In this document: one piece after another, positions 26,832 to 36,738 of the stretch | How the letters are laid out: each line of letters begins with the position of its first letter | Numbering within the stretch: position 1 is the first letter of the stretch | Assembly (NCBI GenBank): GCA_963745035.1 | Contig: CAVUVW010000005.1 | Coordinates: forward strand, 32,001 to 96,000 | Source of the DNA: an uncultured delta proteobacterium | Lineage (GTDB): Bacteria; Desulfobacterota; Binatia; UBA9968 | DNA length: 64,000 nt | Reading direction: 5' to 3' | Notes under the pieces: generated by a model | The model's database searches: none | The model's input: only the letters and a program-made list of their open reading frames with translations | Told to the model about the DNA's origin: nothing | Program-made: the position numbers and the translations under genes

Positions 26832-27179
26832 CTAGAGCAGTGCTTTGACTTCGGCTTCGTTAAAACCGGTCAATTTTTTTTTGCCTTTGATGATCACCGG
26901 CCGCTTGAGCAGATTCGGGTCTTTGAGCATGAGCTTGATCGCCTCATCTTTGGACGGCGGTTTCTGCTTCATGTTCTTTTCGCGGTAGAGCGGCGTCCGG
27001 GTATTCAGAAAAGGCTCGATGGGATCGTTGCCGATGATGTCGCGCAATTCTTTTTCGGTAAATGGGTTCTTGCCGTACTCTCTTTCGTCGAAATCGACTT
27101 TCTTCGATTGCAAGAAACTTCTTGCTTTACGACAGGTCGTTCACGTTGCTTTGTAGATGAACTTCAATTTATCGGCCAT
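26832..27179 (-). CDS. ArsC/Spx/YffB-family thioredoxin-fold protein; candidate selenoprotein (UxxC)
   Basis: ATG at 27179 with GAGG SD; MADKLKFIYKAT-TGA-TTCRKARSFLQ...PNLLKRPVII; the TGA sits at the first Cys of the family CxxC motif. Confidence 0.8.
27110..27140 (-). promoter_or_regulatory. Candidate bacterial SECIS hairpin
   Basis: After the UGA: ACGACCUGUCGUAAA GCAAGA-AGUU-UCUUGC; 6-bp stem, G-containing apical loop about 21 nt from the UGA. Confidence 0.55.
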
Positions 27180-27189
27180 CGTCGACCTC

Positions 27190-28573
27190 TTACTTGAAAA
27201 ACTTCGCGACCCGCTCGAAGGCATCGGGCTCGATCTCGTTGCGCACCGGCCATTCGCTTTTCGATTTCAGCGGGATGGTCGCGTCGATGATCGCAACCGT
27301 ATCGCCGAGCCAGCCGCGGAAGCTCTGCACCTCGCGGATAATCTCGATGTCCTTGTCCCAGTGGACGCGCGTAGCGACCGCCCACATGACTTCCCGTTCG
27401 TTGAAGACGTCGACGTCGTCGTCGACGATCACCGCCAACTTTAGATTCGGCATTTCCACAAACGCCTGCATGCCGGCCTTGTTGGGCTCGTTTTCGAATT
27501 CCTTCTTGATCGAGATGTAGCAGATGCAGCGGCCGCAGCCCGACGGGGGAAGATGAATTCCCTTGATGCCCGGGACGTTTTTCTTGATGACGTTATAGGT
27601 GCTGCCTTCCTTGGGAATGCTGCCCAAGTTCCAGTGATCCATGTGCCCCGGCCAAAAATCTTCGACGATGCCGCCGCGGCGATGGGTGATCGCGGTCACC
27701 TCGATAACCGGCACGTCCATTTTCGGCTGAGCGTAGCCGAGGATCTCGCCGAAGGGGTTTTGTGACTGGCGCACGCCGGGAAGAATTTCGCCTTCGATGA
27801 TCACCTCGGCGTCCGCGGGAACCATGAATTTATCGCCCCATGTCGTCGATGGGGTGAGCCGCAGCGGTTCCTTCAGAAACGCCGAGGCGGTCAGATAGTC
27901 GTTGTTGCCCATCGCCGTCATGGCGCAGGAGGAGAGATAAAATGCCGGATGATGGCCCAGAATAACGATCACCGGCGCGCGCAGGTTTTTGTCCTCATAC
28001 TCGCAAGCCATGGCTTCAAGGTGGTGGTGCTTGTGCGCCGAGAAGCTCATGTGCCTGGGATCGTGAAACTTGTTCTTCGTGAACGTGATGTCGTAAAACT
28101 CCGCGTCGAGGCCTTTCATCGCGCAGGTCATGGTGTGATAGGGGCCGGCGTCGCCCTTTTGATGCATCGGCATCGGCAGCACTCGAAGATCGGCCTTGTC
28201 TCCGGTGAGGACGACTTCCTTGACCGGCGCTTTCTCCGGCGCGATCACCTGTACACTGCCTTTTTGCTGCTCGAGCTTGGCGACTTCGAGACTCACCTCC
28301 ATCGGGGATTTGATGTCGCCCATGTCGAGCGAATCGGCGACGTACTGGCGCGTGACCCACGGGTTGTAGAACATCGGAAACTCGGACTTCTTGCCGTTCA
28401 GCGCGGGGACGTTCTCGAACAAAACCATCTTGGGCTCATTGCGCACGTCGAGATGTTTCAAATAGGCGACGGTCTCGTAATTGTTGGCGTCGATGAAATT
28501 TTTCTCGCGGATGACGGAGCCTTCTCGTTTCGCCCCTTCCTGGGCGATGAAGCTCGGCAGATCTTTAGGCCAT
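27190..28573 (-). CDS. UbiD-family (de)carboxylase-like protein (indel just after the start codon)
   Basis: KDLPSFI N-terminus, VLFENV, APVKEVV, LPMPMH..DAGPY, VPADAEVIIEG, NPFGE, IVDDDVDV...VMWAVATR. Confidence 0.88.
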
Positions 28574-28650
28574 GGGACACTCCTGTCAGATTGATGAAGC
28601 GAACGGTATCGTCTCTAATTAGTAGAATCCCCCTTGGAGTTCAAGCGAGG

Positions 28651-30181
28651 TCAGCCGCCGGCGAGTCCTTTTAACGCGCGCAGCTTATGGCGCCAGCCGG
28701 TATGGCAAAGCAGGTTCAGAAGGTGACGCACCTGATGCGCCTTCTTCGCTGTTGCGGGATACCACGGGAATTCTTCTTTGAGGCCGAACTTGTCGGTGAC
28801 GACGGTTTTTTGCTGGCAGAACTTGCGGATGCCTTCGGCGCCGTGGCGGTAGCCGAAGCCGCTGTCTTTGCGCCCGCCCATGGGCGCGTCGGCGACGATG
28901 AATGCGCACGAGGCTGTCGTTGATGCAGACCGAGCCGCTTTGCAGCCCCTCGGCCAATAGTTGGGAGAGCGCCGCGTCGCGGCTAAACACCGCGGCGCTG
29001 AGGCCGTAGCGCGAGTCGTTGGCCAAGCGCAGCGCTTCGTCGGCGTCGTCGACTTTCACGAGGGGAATGATCGGGCCAAAAGTTTCTTCGCTCATCACTT
29101 TCATCGAGTGGTCGACGTCGACGAGCACGGTGGGCTCATAGTAATAACCCGGCAGATCCGGACGGCGCCGGCCGCCGGTGAGCGCCTTGGCGCCGCGCGC
29201 AACCGCTTCATCGACCTGGGCCGCAACCTTTTTCAACTGCTCTTCCGAGGTCATGCAGCCGATATCCACGGTATCGGCGCTCGCGCCTTGCTTGATCGCG
29301 CGGACGCGCTCGACGACCTTGTCGACGAAAGGTTGATAAACCGGCGCCTCCACGTAGACGCGCTCGATGGAGGTGCAGATCTGGCCGCTGTTCATTAAGG
29401 CGCCCCACACGCAGGCGCCGGCGGCGCGATCGAGATTGGCGTCCTTGAGGACAATCATGGGATCTTTGCCGCCGAGCTCGAGAGAAACCGGCGTGAGCCG
29501 CTCGGCGGCACGGCGCATGACCATTTTCCCCGTTTCCACGCTGCCGGTGAAGGCGATCATGTCGGCGCAATCGACCAGCGCTTCGCCGGTAGCGCCGTAG
29601 CCGATGACGACTTGAAGGAGGTTTTTCGGAAAGCCCGCCTTGGCCGCGATCTCCGCGCCGAAGATCGCCGAAAGCGGCGTCAATTCGGACGGTTTGATCA
29701 CGACCGCGTTTCCCGCCATGAGCGCCGGCAGGGCTTCGCCCAAGGTCATCGCCAGCGGAAAATTCCACGGGCTGATGATGCCGATCACGCCGCGCGGCGC
29801 GTAGCTTGAAACGACTTTTTTGGCTTTGAGAAGGGGAAAGTGCGGGCGGATCTTCTCTGGGCGGAGAAAGCTCGAAGATTTCTTGGCCCAGACGCCGACG
29901 GCGTCGCAGAGATAGAAGAGCTCATTGCCGTAGACTTCCGCGCGTGGACGGCCGGTCTCCGCGGTCAAAATTTCGGCGAGTCTCTCGCCTTCGTCGAGCA
30001 AGAGATCGCGCAATCTGTAAAGCGCGCGAGCGCGCTCCGCCAGACTGGTTTGGCGCCAGCCGATTTGCGCTTCGCGGCCGCGCTCCACGGCCAGTCTTAC
30101 GTCAGCCGGTGATGCGACCGGCAGCTCGGCTATTTTTTCCAGTGTGGCGGGGTTACGGACGACGATTGAGTCAGCAGTCAC
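28651..30181 (-). CDS. Aldehyde dehydrogenase (frameshift near 28905)
   Basis: ISPWNFP, KPSE, FTGS, LELGGKDP, GQICTS, EETFGP; the C-terminal GGRKDSGFG lies in another frame. Confidence 0.92.
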
Positions 30182-30256
30182 AGGACCTCCGCGTCGATTC
30201 GCGGCGAGAGATTTTCGGCTTATCTTGTCGAAAGTGCCAACTACGGGCGATGGCGT

Positions 30257-31030
30257 CTAGATCATTGTTTGGCCGCCGCAGATGTTCATTGCCTGCCCGG
30301 TAATGCCGCGCGCCGCGTCCGAAGCCACGTAGCACACCAGTTCGGCGATCTCCTCCGCTTCGAGGAACCGCTGGATCGGCACCGCGGCGGTTGCTTGGGC
30401 GCGGAACTGCTCCGGCGTAATCCCCTGAAGTGCCGCGGTCTCCTCGATTCCCAGGGTCGCCATTTCGGTATCGACCCAGCCCGGGCAGATCGTATTGGCG
30501 GTGATGCCGCGGCTCACAACCTCCAAAGCCAAAGCGCGAGTGAAACCGATCATGCCATGTTTGCTCGTGCAGTAAGCCGTGTAGCCCGGCACGCCGAACT
30601 TGCCCAGCACCGACGAGATATTGATAACTCTGCCGCCGGCATGATCGGGCATGCGCTGTAGGACCGCTTTGGTGACGAGATACAAACCGTTCAGATTGGT
30701 GTCGATAATGTCGTACCAGCGGGCGTCGTCCGGATCGTTGAGCATGCTCAGGCCGGAGATGCCCGCGTTGTTCACCAGGATGTGCGGCGGTCCCCAAGTG
30801 GAAACAACCGCGTCTACGGCGCGCTCGACATCCGCCTTTTTTCGCACGTCCATCGCCAGAGGCAGCGCCGCCAGCGAGCGGTTTTTAAGCTCCTCCGCGG
30901 CCCGCTCAACGTTGCTCAGGGCGCGCGACGCGATGGCCACTTTCGCGCCGTTTTGGGCCAATTTTAGCGCGATTGCCCTGCCGATCCCGGTGCCGCCCCC
31001 GGTTATCAGGGCCACTTTGCCGTCCAACAT
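30257..31030 (-). CDS. Short-chain dehydrogenase/reductase
   Basis: TGGGTGIG, NNAG, SS, YCTSK, PGWVDT. Confidence 0.92.
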   Translation of the reverse strand: MLDGKVALITGGGTGIGRAIALKLAQNGAKVAIASRALSNVERAAEELKNRSLAALPLAMDVRKKADVERAVDAVVSTWGPPHILVNNAGISGLSMLNDPDDARWYDIIDTNLNGLYLVTKAVLQRMPDHAGGRVINISSVLGKFGVPGYTAYCTSKHGMIGFTRALALEVVSRGITANTICPGWVDTEMATLGIEETAALQGITPEQFRAQATAAVPIQRFLEAEEIAELVCYVASDAARGITGQAMNICGGQTMI

Positions 31031-31256
31031 GGCTTCGGTTATGCCTCAAAAATGCATGGTAACTATCGGCTTATGCGGGGAAAATCAAGTCTCGGGAGGC
31101 CCCCGCCACCGGGTCATGGGCGTGCCGCGACCGTCGTCGTGGCATGCTGGTCCCGCAATTGCTCAACGAAAGCTCCGCAAAATCAATAATCTTTACACTT
31201 CTTAACGCGATATAATAAAATTCACTCAGAAGATTCCAGGAGTAAATTGCATGGAC

Positions 31257-32328
31257 ATGGATATTACCCAACTGCTCGCGTTTGGCGTGGAGCAGGGCGC
31301 TTCGGACTGTCACTTGAGCGCGGGCGAGCCGCCGATGATTCGCATTGACGGCGAGCTCAAGAAGCTAGACCATCCGCCGCTCACCAAGGAGCAAGTGCAC
31401 GCCTTGGTTTACGACATTATGAGCGATGCCCAGCGCCGCGTGTTTGAAGAAACCCACGAGTGCGATTTTTCATTCGAGATGGAAAAAGTCGCCAGGTTTC
31501 GCGTCAATGTGTTTTTGCAGCGCAAGGGCGAAGGCGCGGTATTTCGCACGATTCCAACCAAGGTCCTGACCCTCGAAGAGCTCGGTATGCCGCCGATTTT
31601 GAAGCAGCTCTGCGACAAAGATAAGGGACTGATTCTTGTCACCGGGCCGACGGGGTCGGGTAAATCGACGACATTGGCGGCGATGGTCGACTATCTGAAC
31701 AGCAGCTTCGAGGGCCATATCCTCACCGTCGAGGATCCGATCGAATTCGTCCATGTGTCGAAAAAGTGCTTGGTCAACCAGCGCGAGCTGGGGCCGCACA
31801 CTCATTCCTTCGCTAATGCGCTGAAGTCGGCGCTGCGCGAGGACCCCGATATCATCCTGGTCGGTGAAATGCGCGATTTGGAGACCATTCAGCTCGCTTT
31901 GACCGCAGCCGAAACCGGCCACATCGTGTTCGGCACTTTGCACACGTCGAGCGCGCCCAAGACCGTCGATCGTATCATCGACGTGTTTCCGCCCAACCAG
32001 CAGGCGCAGATTCGCGCGCAATTCGCCGAATCGATCGAAGCGGTGATCACCCAGACCTTGCTCAAGAAGAAAATCGGCGGACGGGCGGCGGCTTTGGAGA
32101 TTACTCACCGGCACCACCGCGGTGCGCAACCTGATCCGCGAGGGCAAGATTCACCAGATTCCGGGCACCATGCAAGTCAGCCAGAAAGACGGCATGCAAA
32201 CGATGGACATGGCGCTGACGAACCTTGTGACTCGTGGCATCGTGACCCGCGAAGAGGCTCAGTCCAAGAGCATGAACCCTAACCTTTTCGGCGCCGCCCC
32301 CGCCGCCGCGGCGGTCGGAAGAGTCTGA
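31257..32328 (+). CDS. pilT: Type IV pilus retraction ATPase PilT (frameshift near 32105)
   Basis: GASDCHL, RFRVN, GPTGSGKSTT, EDPIE, LREDPD, GEMRD, then RNLIREGK. Confidence 0.94.
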
Positions 32329-32340
32329 TCACTAGGCTGC

Positions 32341-33516
32341 ATGGAAAGTCCGATCGACATCCAAGCTTTCTTCAAGACGATGGTCGAACTCGAGGCGTCG
32401 GACTTGTATCTGACCGTGGCCCGGCCGCCGATGTATCGAGTCGACGGCAAGATCGAGGCGCGCGGCGAGCATTTGTTCAAGCCGGAGGATCTCAGGGAAC
32501 TCGCCCACGGGATGCTGAATGAGAAGCAGCGCGGCGAATTCGCCCAAGCGCTGGAAATGAACATGGCGATGTCGCTGCCGGGGATTGCCCGATTCCGCGT
32601 CAACATGTTTCAACAGCGCGGCTCGGTCGGCATGGTCATCCGGCGCATCAAGGCGGACGTGCTGTCGCTCGCGGAGATGGGGCTGCCGTCGATCCTTCAG
32701 GATGTCGTCATGACCAAGCGCGGTTTGGTGCTGGTCGTCGGCGCCACCGGTTCGGGCAAATCGACTTCGTTGGCGGCCATGATCGACCATCGCAACGCCA
32801 ACGAAGCGGGCCATATCATTACCATCGAAGATCCGATCGAGTTCGTCCACCGCCATAAGCAATCTGTGGTCACCCAGCGCGAGGTCGGTTTCGACACGCA
32901 TTCGTTCCAGTCGGCGCTCAAAAACACCCTGCGCCAGGCGCCCGACGTGATCCTGATCGGCGAGATTCGCGACACCGAGACCATGGAGGCTGCGATCGTG
33001 TTCGCCGAAACCGGCCACCTGTGCCTCGGCACGCTCCATTCCAACAACGCCAATCAGGCGATCGAGCGCATCATGAACTTTTTCCCCAGCGAACGCCATG
33101 CGCAGATCTATTTGCAGCTTTCGCTCAATTTACGCGCGATTATCTCGCAGCGCCTGATCCCATCGCTCGACGGTAAACGCGTCGCCGCTCTGGAAATATT
33201 GATGGACACGCCGCGGCTGAAGGACCTCATCAAGAAGGGCGACGTCGACGCGCTCAAGGAAGGCATGGAGCAGGGCATCCAGGAAGGCTGCCAAACTTTT
33301 GACCAGGCGCTGTTTAGCTTGTACCGCGACAAGAAGATCGGCCTCGAGCAGGCATTGGCGAACGCGGACAGTGCCAATAACTTGAGACTGAAAATCAAGC
33401 TGGCGGGCTTAAAAGTGGACGAGGAGCCGATCGCGGAAGGAGAGAACGAAATATCTAATAATACGGCCAGACCCGGGCAACTTCAGGCTGCGGCGGGGTT
33501 TCGTCTGCGCAACTGA
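32341..33516 (+). CDS. pilU: Type IV pilus ATPase PilU
   Basis: ASDLYL, GATGSGKSTS, LRQAPD, LHSNNANQAIERI, ANADSANNLRL; follows pilT. Confidence 0.92.
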   Translation: MESPIDIQAFFKTMVELEASDLYLTVARPPMYRVDGKIEARGEHLFKPEDLRELAHGMLNEKQRGEFAQALEMNMAMSLPGIARFRVNMFQQRGSVGMVIRRIKADVLSLAEMGLPSILQDVVMTKRGLVLVVGATGSGKSTSLAAMIDHRNANEAGHIITIEDPIEFVHRHKQSVVTQREVGFDTHSFQSALKNTLRQAPDVILIGEIRDTETMEAAIVFAETGHLCLGTLHSNNANQAIERIMNFFPSERHAQIYLQLSLNLRAIISQRLIPSLDGKRVAALEILMDTPRLKDLIKKGDVDALKEGMEQGIQEGCQTFDQALFSLYRDKKIGLEQALANADSANNLRLKIKLAGLKVDEEPIAEGENEISNNTARPGQLQAAAGFRLRN

Positions 33517-33777
33517 TTTCGGGGCGTATACTGCCTCGAATGCGCTTTCACGGCGACCCTCGCATGGATCCGATCATTGGCATTGCGGTCGCCAGCTGAC
33601 GTGAAGGTGCCAGTTAAATCAAGTTTGACGATTCGACAGGAGCCCATCAAGAGCTTGATTTCTCAGACGAAAATCCCAGACGATGCGGGCGGTTGTAAAT
33701 TTCCTTGACAACCCCATGGAGCCAGCGTAAAAAACAGTTATAGAATTCAGACATCTATTTTATTGTTGGGGGACTCC

Positions 33778-34383
33778 ATGACGCTTGCTGAAACCGACAT
33801 TTTGCGCGTTCAAGGGGGGATGATGGTTGGCATGACGGGCTATGCGCAGCCTCTACGGGCGATCGGTCAAGCTTTAGAAGTCTTGAATATGCAGGACTTC
33901 GAGATGGAACCTGTGGGGAGCGACTTTTACATCCGGGGGATCCTGCCATCGACAACCAATAGAGTGCTCTTGGGTCGCGGATGCAGCGCGCAAGAGCTCC
34001 GCGCGATCTGGGGCGCGTTGCCGGGCGAAGGCAATGAATCGCCGGACAGGCAAGCGTGGAACAATCTAAGCCTGCTCTCGTCGGGGGTCGAGCTCTGCTA
34101 CACCGCGCAGGATATCGAGAGGTTAGAAGAAAACGGTCGCGCTCGGCGCGGACAAGCGCAGACATCGGCGGACGCCTACAGCCTCTCGCAGATCATGCGC
34201 TCGATCGGCGCGTATCTCAATCAAAAACGCGCCCGTCTATGCAAGCTCAGCCGTGAAGTCGACTGTGTGGTCGTCGAATACGAGACTTCGCTCGGCAGTC
34301 GAATGAAAGAAACCCTCGCCATTAAGGACCTTTACGATCTCTGGGTGAGAATGTACCTGCAGCGGGCCGAACGCGCGCACTGA
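33778..34383 (+). CDS. Hypothetical protein, paralog 1 (start uncertain)
   Basis: Clear similarity to the downstream ORF (SQxxRxxGA...EYE...LYDxWVxMYL). Confidence 0.75.
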   Translation: MTLAETDILRVQGGMMVGMTGYAQPLRAIGQALEVLNMQDFEMEPVGSDFYIRGILPSTTNRVLLGRGCSAQELRAIWGALPGEGNESPDRQAWNNLSLLSSGVELCYTAQDIERLEENGRARRGQAQTSADAYSLSQIMRSIGAYLNQKRARLCKLSREVDCVVVEYETSLGSRMKETLAIKDLYDLWVRMYLQRAERAH

Positions 34384-34535
34384 AAAAGGCGCCGCGTCTT
34401 TCTTGCCTCAACGCTGCCTGACCGGGATAAATCTACGCCTCTGGCTGCACCCGTGCAAAAAATTCAACCTGCGCAGTCGCGACCGACCCCCGTCTGACGA
34501 GCGCGCCGGTTTATTTTCCTGTATAGTTGCTGATC

Positions 34536-35057
34536 ATGTCCACGGATTTCAGCTTCTCCCAGCTTCTCCGTCCGGTCGGCCAGATGCTGGAGCCGCTGCA
34601 GATCGAATCTTTTTCTCTCAAAGTCGAAGACGGCGGAGTGGCCGTCTTCGCGGACAAGCGCGAAACCCCTCAGCGGGCGCAGAATGTGTCGCTCAAGGTG
34701 AGCTGGCAGATTTTCCGGCGCAAGAAAGCCGAAACCGCGCCTGAGCCCCAGCCCTCGTCGGGCTCATTGGAAATCCATTACAGCCATGACGATATCGCGC
34801 GCATGGAGACCGAAGGGCAAGGCAAGCGGACCGGAGCGCCCGGCAGCCCCGAGGCACACACGCTGTCGCAGATCCTGCGCGCCGTCGGGGCTTTCGTCGA
34901 TCAGAAGCAGGGGCGCCTTCTGAGCGTGGTCAAAGACGGGCAGGAGATCACCATCGAATACGAATCCGCGTTGAAGCGCGCGCTCACCGAAAAGTTTACA
35001 GTCGCGTCGTTGTACGATTACTGGGTGAAAATGTACCTGCGGCGGCGCGACCGTTAG
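34536..35057 (+). CDS. Hypothetical protein, paralog 2
   Basis: Paralog of 33778..34383; a TATAGT -10-like box 8 nt before the ATG suggests a leaderless mRNA. Confidence 0.78.
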   Translation: MSTDFSFSQLLRPVGQMLEPLQIESFSLKVEDGGVAVFADKRETPQRAQNVSLKVSWQIFRRKKAETAPEPQPSSGSLEIHYSHDDIARMETEGQGKRTGAPGSPEAHTLSQILRAVGAFVDQKQGRLLSVVKDGQEITIEYESALKRALTEKFTVASLYDYWVKMYLRRRDR

Positions 35058-35128
35058 CCAATCCACGACGATAGAATACCTCGCCGAAAAATTCCCTGCC
35101 CCTCACTGTTGACCGCAGGTTGTTCAGG

Positions 35129-35464
35129 TCAAATCTTTAACAGAATCCACGCCGTAACAAACGTTCCGACGATCGCTCCGCCGTAGCACAGCACGGCGAG
35201 AAGTTTATTGATTGCTTTGAGCCCGGCGTCATTGAGAGTAAAGTAGAAGCGATGAGCCCAGTGATAGAGGGGAAGAACGATCAGGACAAAGAGATAAAGC
35301 TTTACCCACCACAGGCGGTACAACTCTCCGGTGTCAGCAGTCCAGCCGAGCGGCACGGCGAAGCCAACTAAAATGATGTGAATGGGAACCAAAAATGCGG
35401 CTACTACGCCACCGGCGGAGAAGAGCCCCCACCAGAGAGGTTCGATGGTTTTTTCTGTCGCCAT
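35129..35464 (-). CDS. frdD: Fumarate reductase subunit D
   Basis: EPLWWGLFSAGG, LPLYHWAHR, CYG. Confidence 0.88.
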   Translation of the reverse strand: MATEKTIEPLWWGLFSAGGVVAAFLVPIHIILVGFAVPLGWTADTGELYRLWWVKLYLFVLIVLPLYHWAHRFYFTLNDAGLKAINKLLAVLCYGGAIVGTFVTAWILLKI

Positions 35465-35468
35465 AATT

Positions 35469-35882
35469 TCAGCTCTTAAGCGCGAGGAATAAAACTAGCA
35501 CGATCACCGAGACCACCACCCAGGCGCCAACGTGTAGCGCCGTAACGACCGGCCGGGAAATTAAACGCTCACCGATGCGCAGCGGCAGGACAACGGCGCT
35601 CGACTGAAACCACGTAAAGCTGTGGTACAGCGCGAACAGCAGCGCCACCAAGTGGAAAAGAATCCAGCCTGGCGAACTGAGCTTTTGCGCGAAAGCGCGA
35701 TACGCGTCGGGTCCCTGCGACAACTGATAGAGCTGACAAAGGTAGACAACCAGAAAGACGGCGATAAAGACACTTGAAAGCTCACGCAGCATGAACAGAA
35801 AATAGCTCTGTTGCGTCAGCCACCAAGTCGCCGGCATCTTGCGATGATAAAGCTTGGATGCGTCCGGGCGCACGGCGCTCAT
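35469..35882 (-). CDS. frdC: Fumarate reductase subunit C
   Basis: YHRKMPATWW...FMLRELSS...LYHSFTWF. Confidence 0.88.
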   Translation of the reverse strand: MSAVRPDASKLYHRKMPATWWLTQQSYFLFMLRELSSVFIAVFLVVYLCQLYQLSQGPDAYRAFAQKLSSPGWILFHLVALLFALYHSFTWFQSSAVVLPLRIGERLISRPVVTALHVGAWVVVSVIVLVLFLALKS

Positions 35883-35925
35883 CCTTCGATCCTCCTCAGG
35901 ATGACCCTGAGCTTGGTCGAACGGG
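35883..35925. repeat. REP-like palindrome (CCTTCGA..CTCAGG..CCTGAG..TCGAACGG)
   Basis: Nested inverted arms filling the frdB-frdC spacer. Confidence 0.6.
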
Positions 35926-36669
35926 TCATCGTTGCCCCCAGGGCATCAGGAATGATTGAAACCAGTTTTTGGTAGTGTCCACTTTGGAGCGCTGGATCGC
36001 CGCGGCCGGATCCACATGCTTGGGACAAACGACGCTGCATTCCCCGACAAATGTGCAGTCCCAGATGCCATCGTGGTTGCCGATGATTTCGCGTTGGTCC
36101 TTGCCCTGGTCGCGCGAGTCCATGTTATAGCGGTAGCCGAGCGCGATGGCGGCGGGTCCCAAAAACTTCGGCTCAAGCCCGTAAACCGGGCAGGCCGCGT
36201 AACAGAGCATGCAATTGATACACTGGGTGAACTGATGGAACGCCTCGAGTTCGGCCGGCGTTTGTAAATATTCACCTTCACTGACAGGCTTCTCTTCCTT
36301 GCGTATGATCCAGGGTTTAACGCTCTTCAGTTTGTCCATGAAGTCGGTCATATCGATGACCAGATCGCGGATGATCGGAAAGTTGACGAGGGGCTCTACC
36401 CGAATTTCCTGGGGGTAATAGTCACGAAGGAACGCCGCGCAGGTGAGTTTTGGCGTGCCATTCACCATCATGCCGCAACTGCCGCACACTCCCATACGAC
36501 AAGACCAGCGATAGCTCAGAGTTCCGTCCATCTGATCCTTGATGTGATTCAACGCATCGAGAACGACCCAGTCCTCCCGGTAAGGGACGACGTAGGCTTG
36601 CGAGGTCGGCTCCCGATCTTTTCCGGGGCGGTAGCGAGTAACGTTCAATGTGATAGTTGGCTCTGCCAT
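35926..36669 (-). CDS. frdB: Fumarate reductase/succinate dehydrogenase Fe-S subunit
   Basis: [37 protein letters not shown]. Confidence 0.93.
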   Translation of the reverse strand: MAEPTITLNVTRYRPGKDREPTSQAYVVPYREDWVVLDALNHIKDQMDGTLSYRWSCRMGVCGSCGMMVNGTPKLTCAAFLRDYYPQEIRVEPLVNFPIIRDLVIDMTDFMDKLKSVKPWIIRKEEKPVSEGEYLQTPAELEAFHQFTQCINCMLCYAACPVYGLEPKFLGPAAIALGYRYNMDSRDQGKDQREIIGNHDGIWDCTFVGECSVVCPKHVDPAAAIQRSKVDTTKNWFQSFLMPWGQR

Positions 36670-36738
36670 TGTCTCCTCTTGGAATTTAGCACTGCGCGTC
36701 CGCTGATTGGTTCGCGCCCGGCGCTCAGGCCGCGTGGT

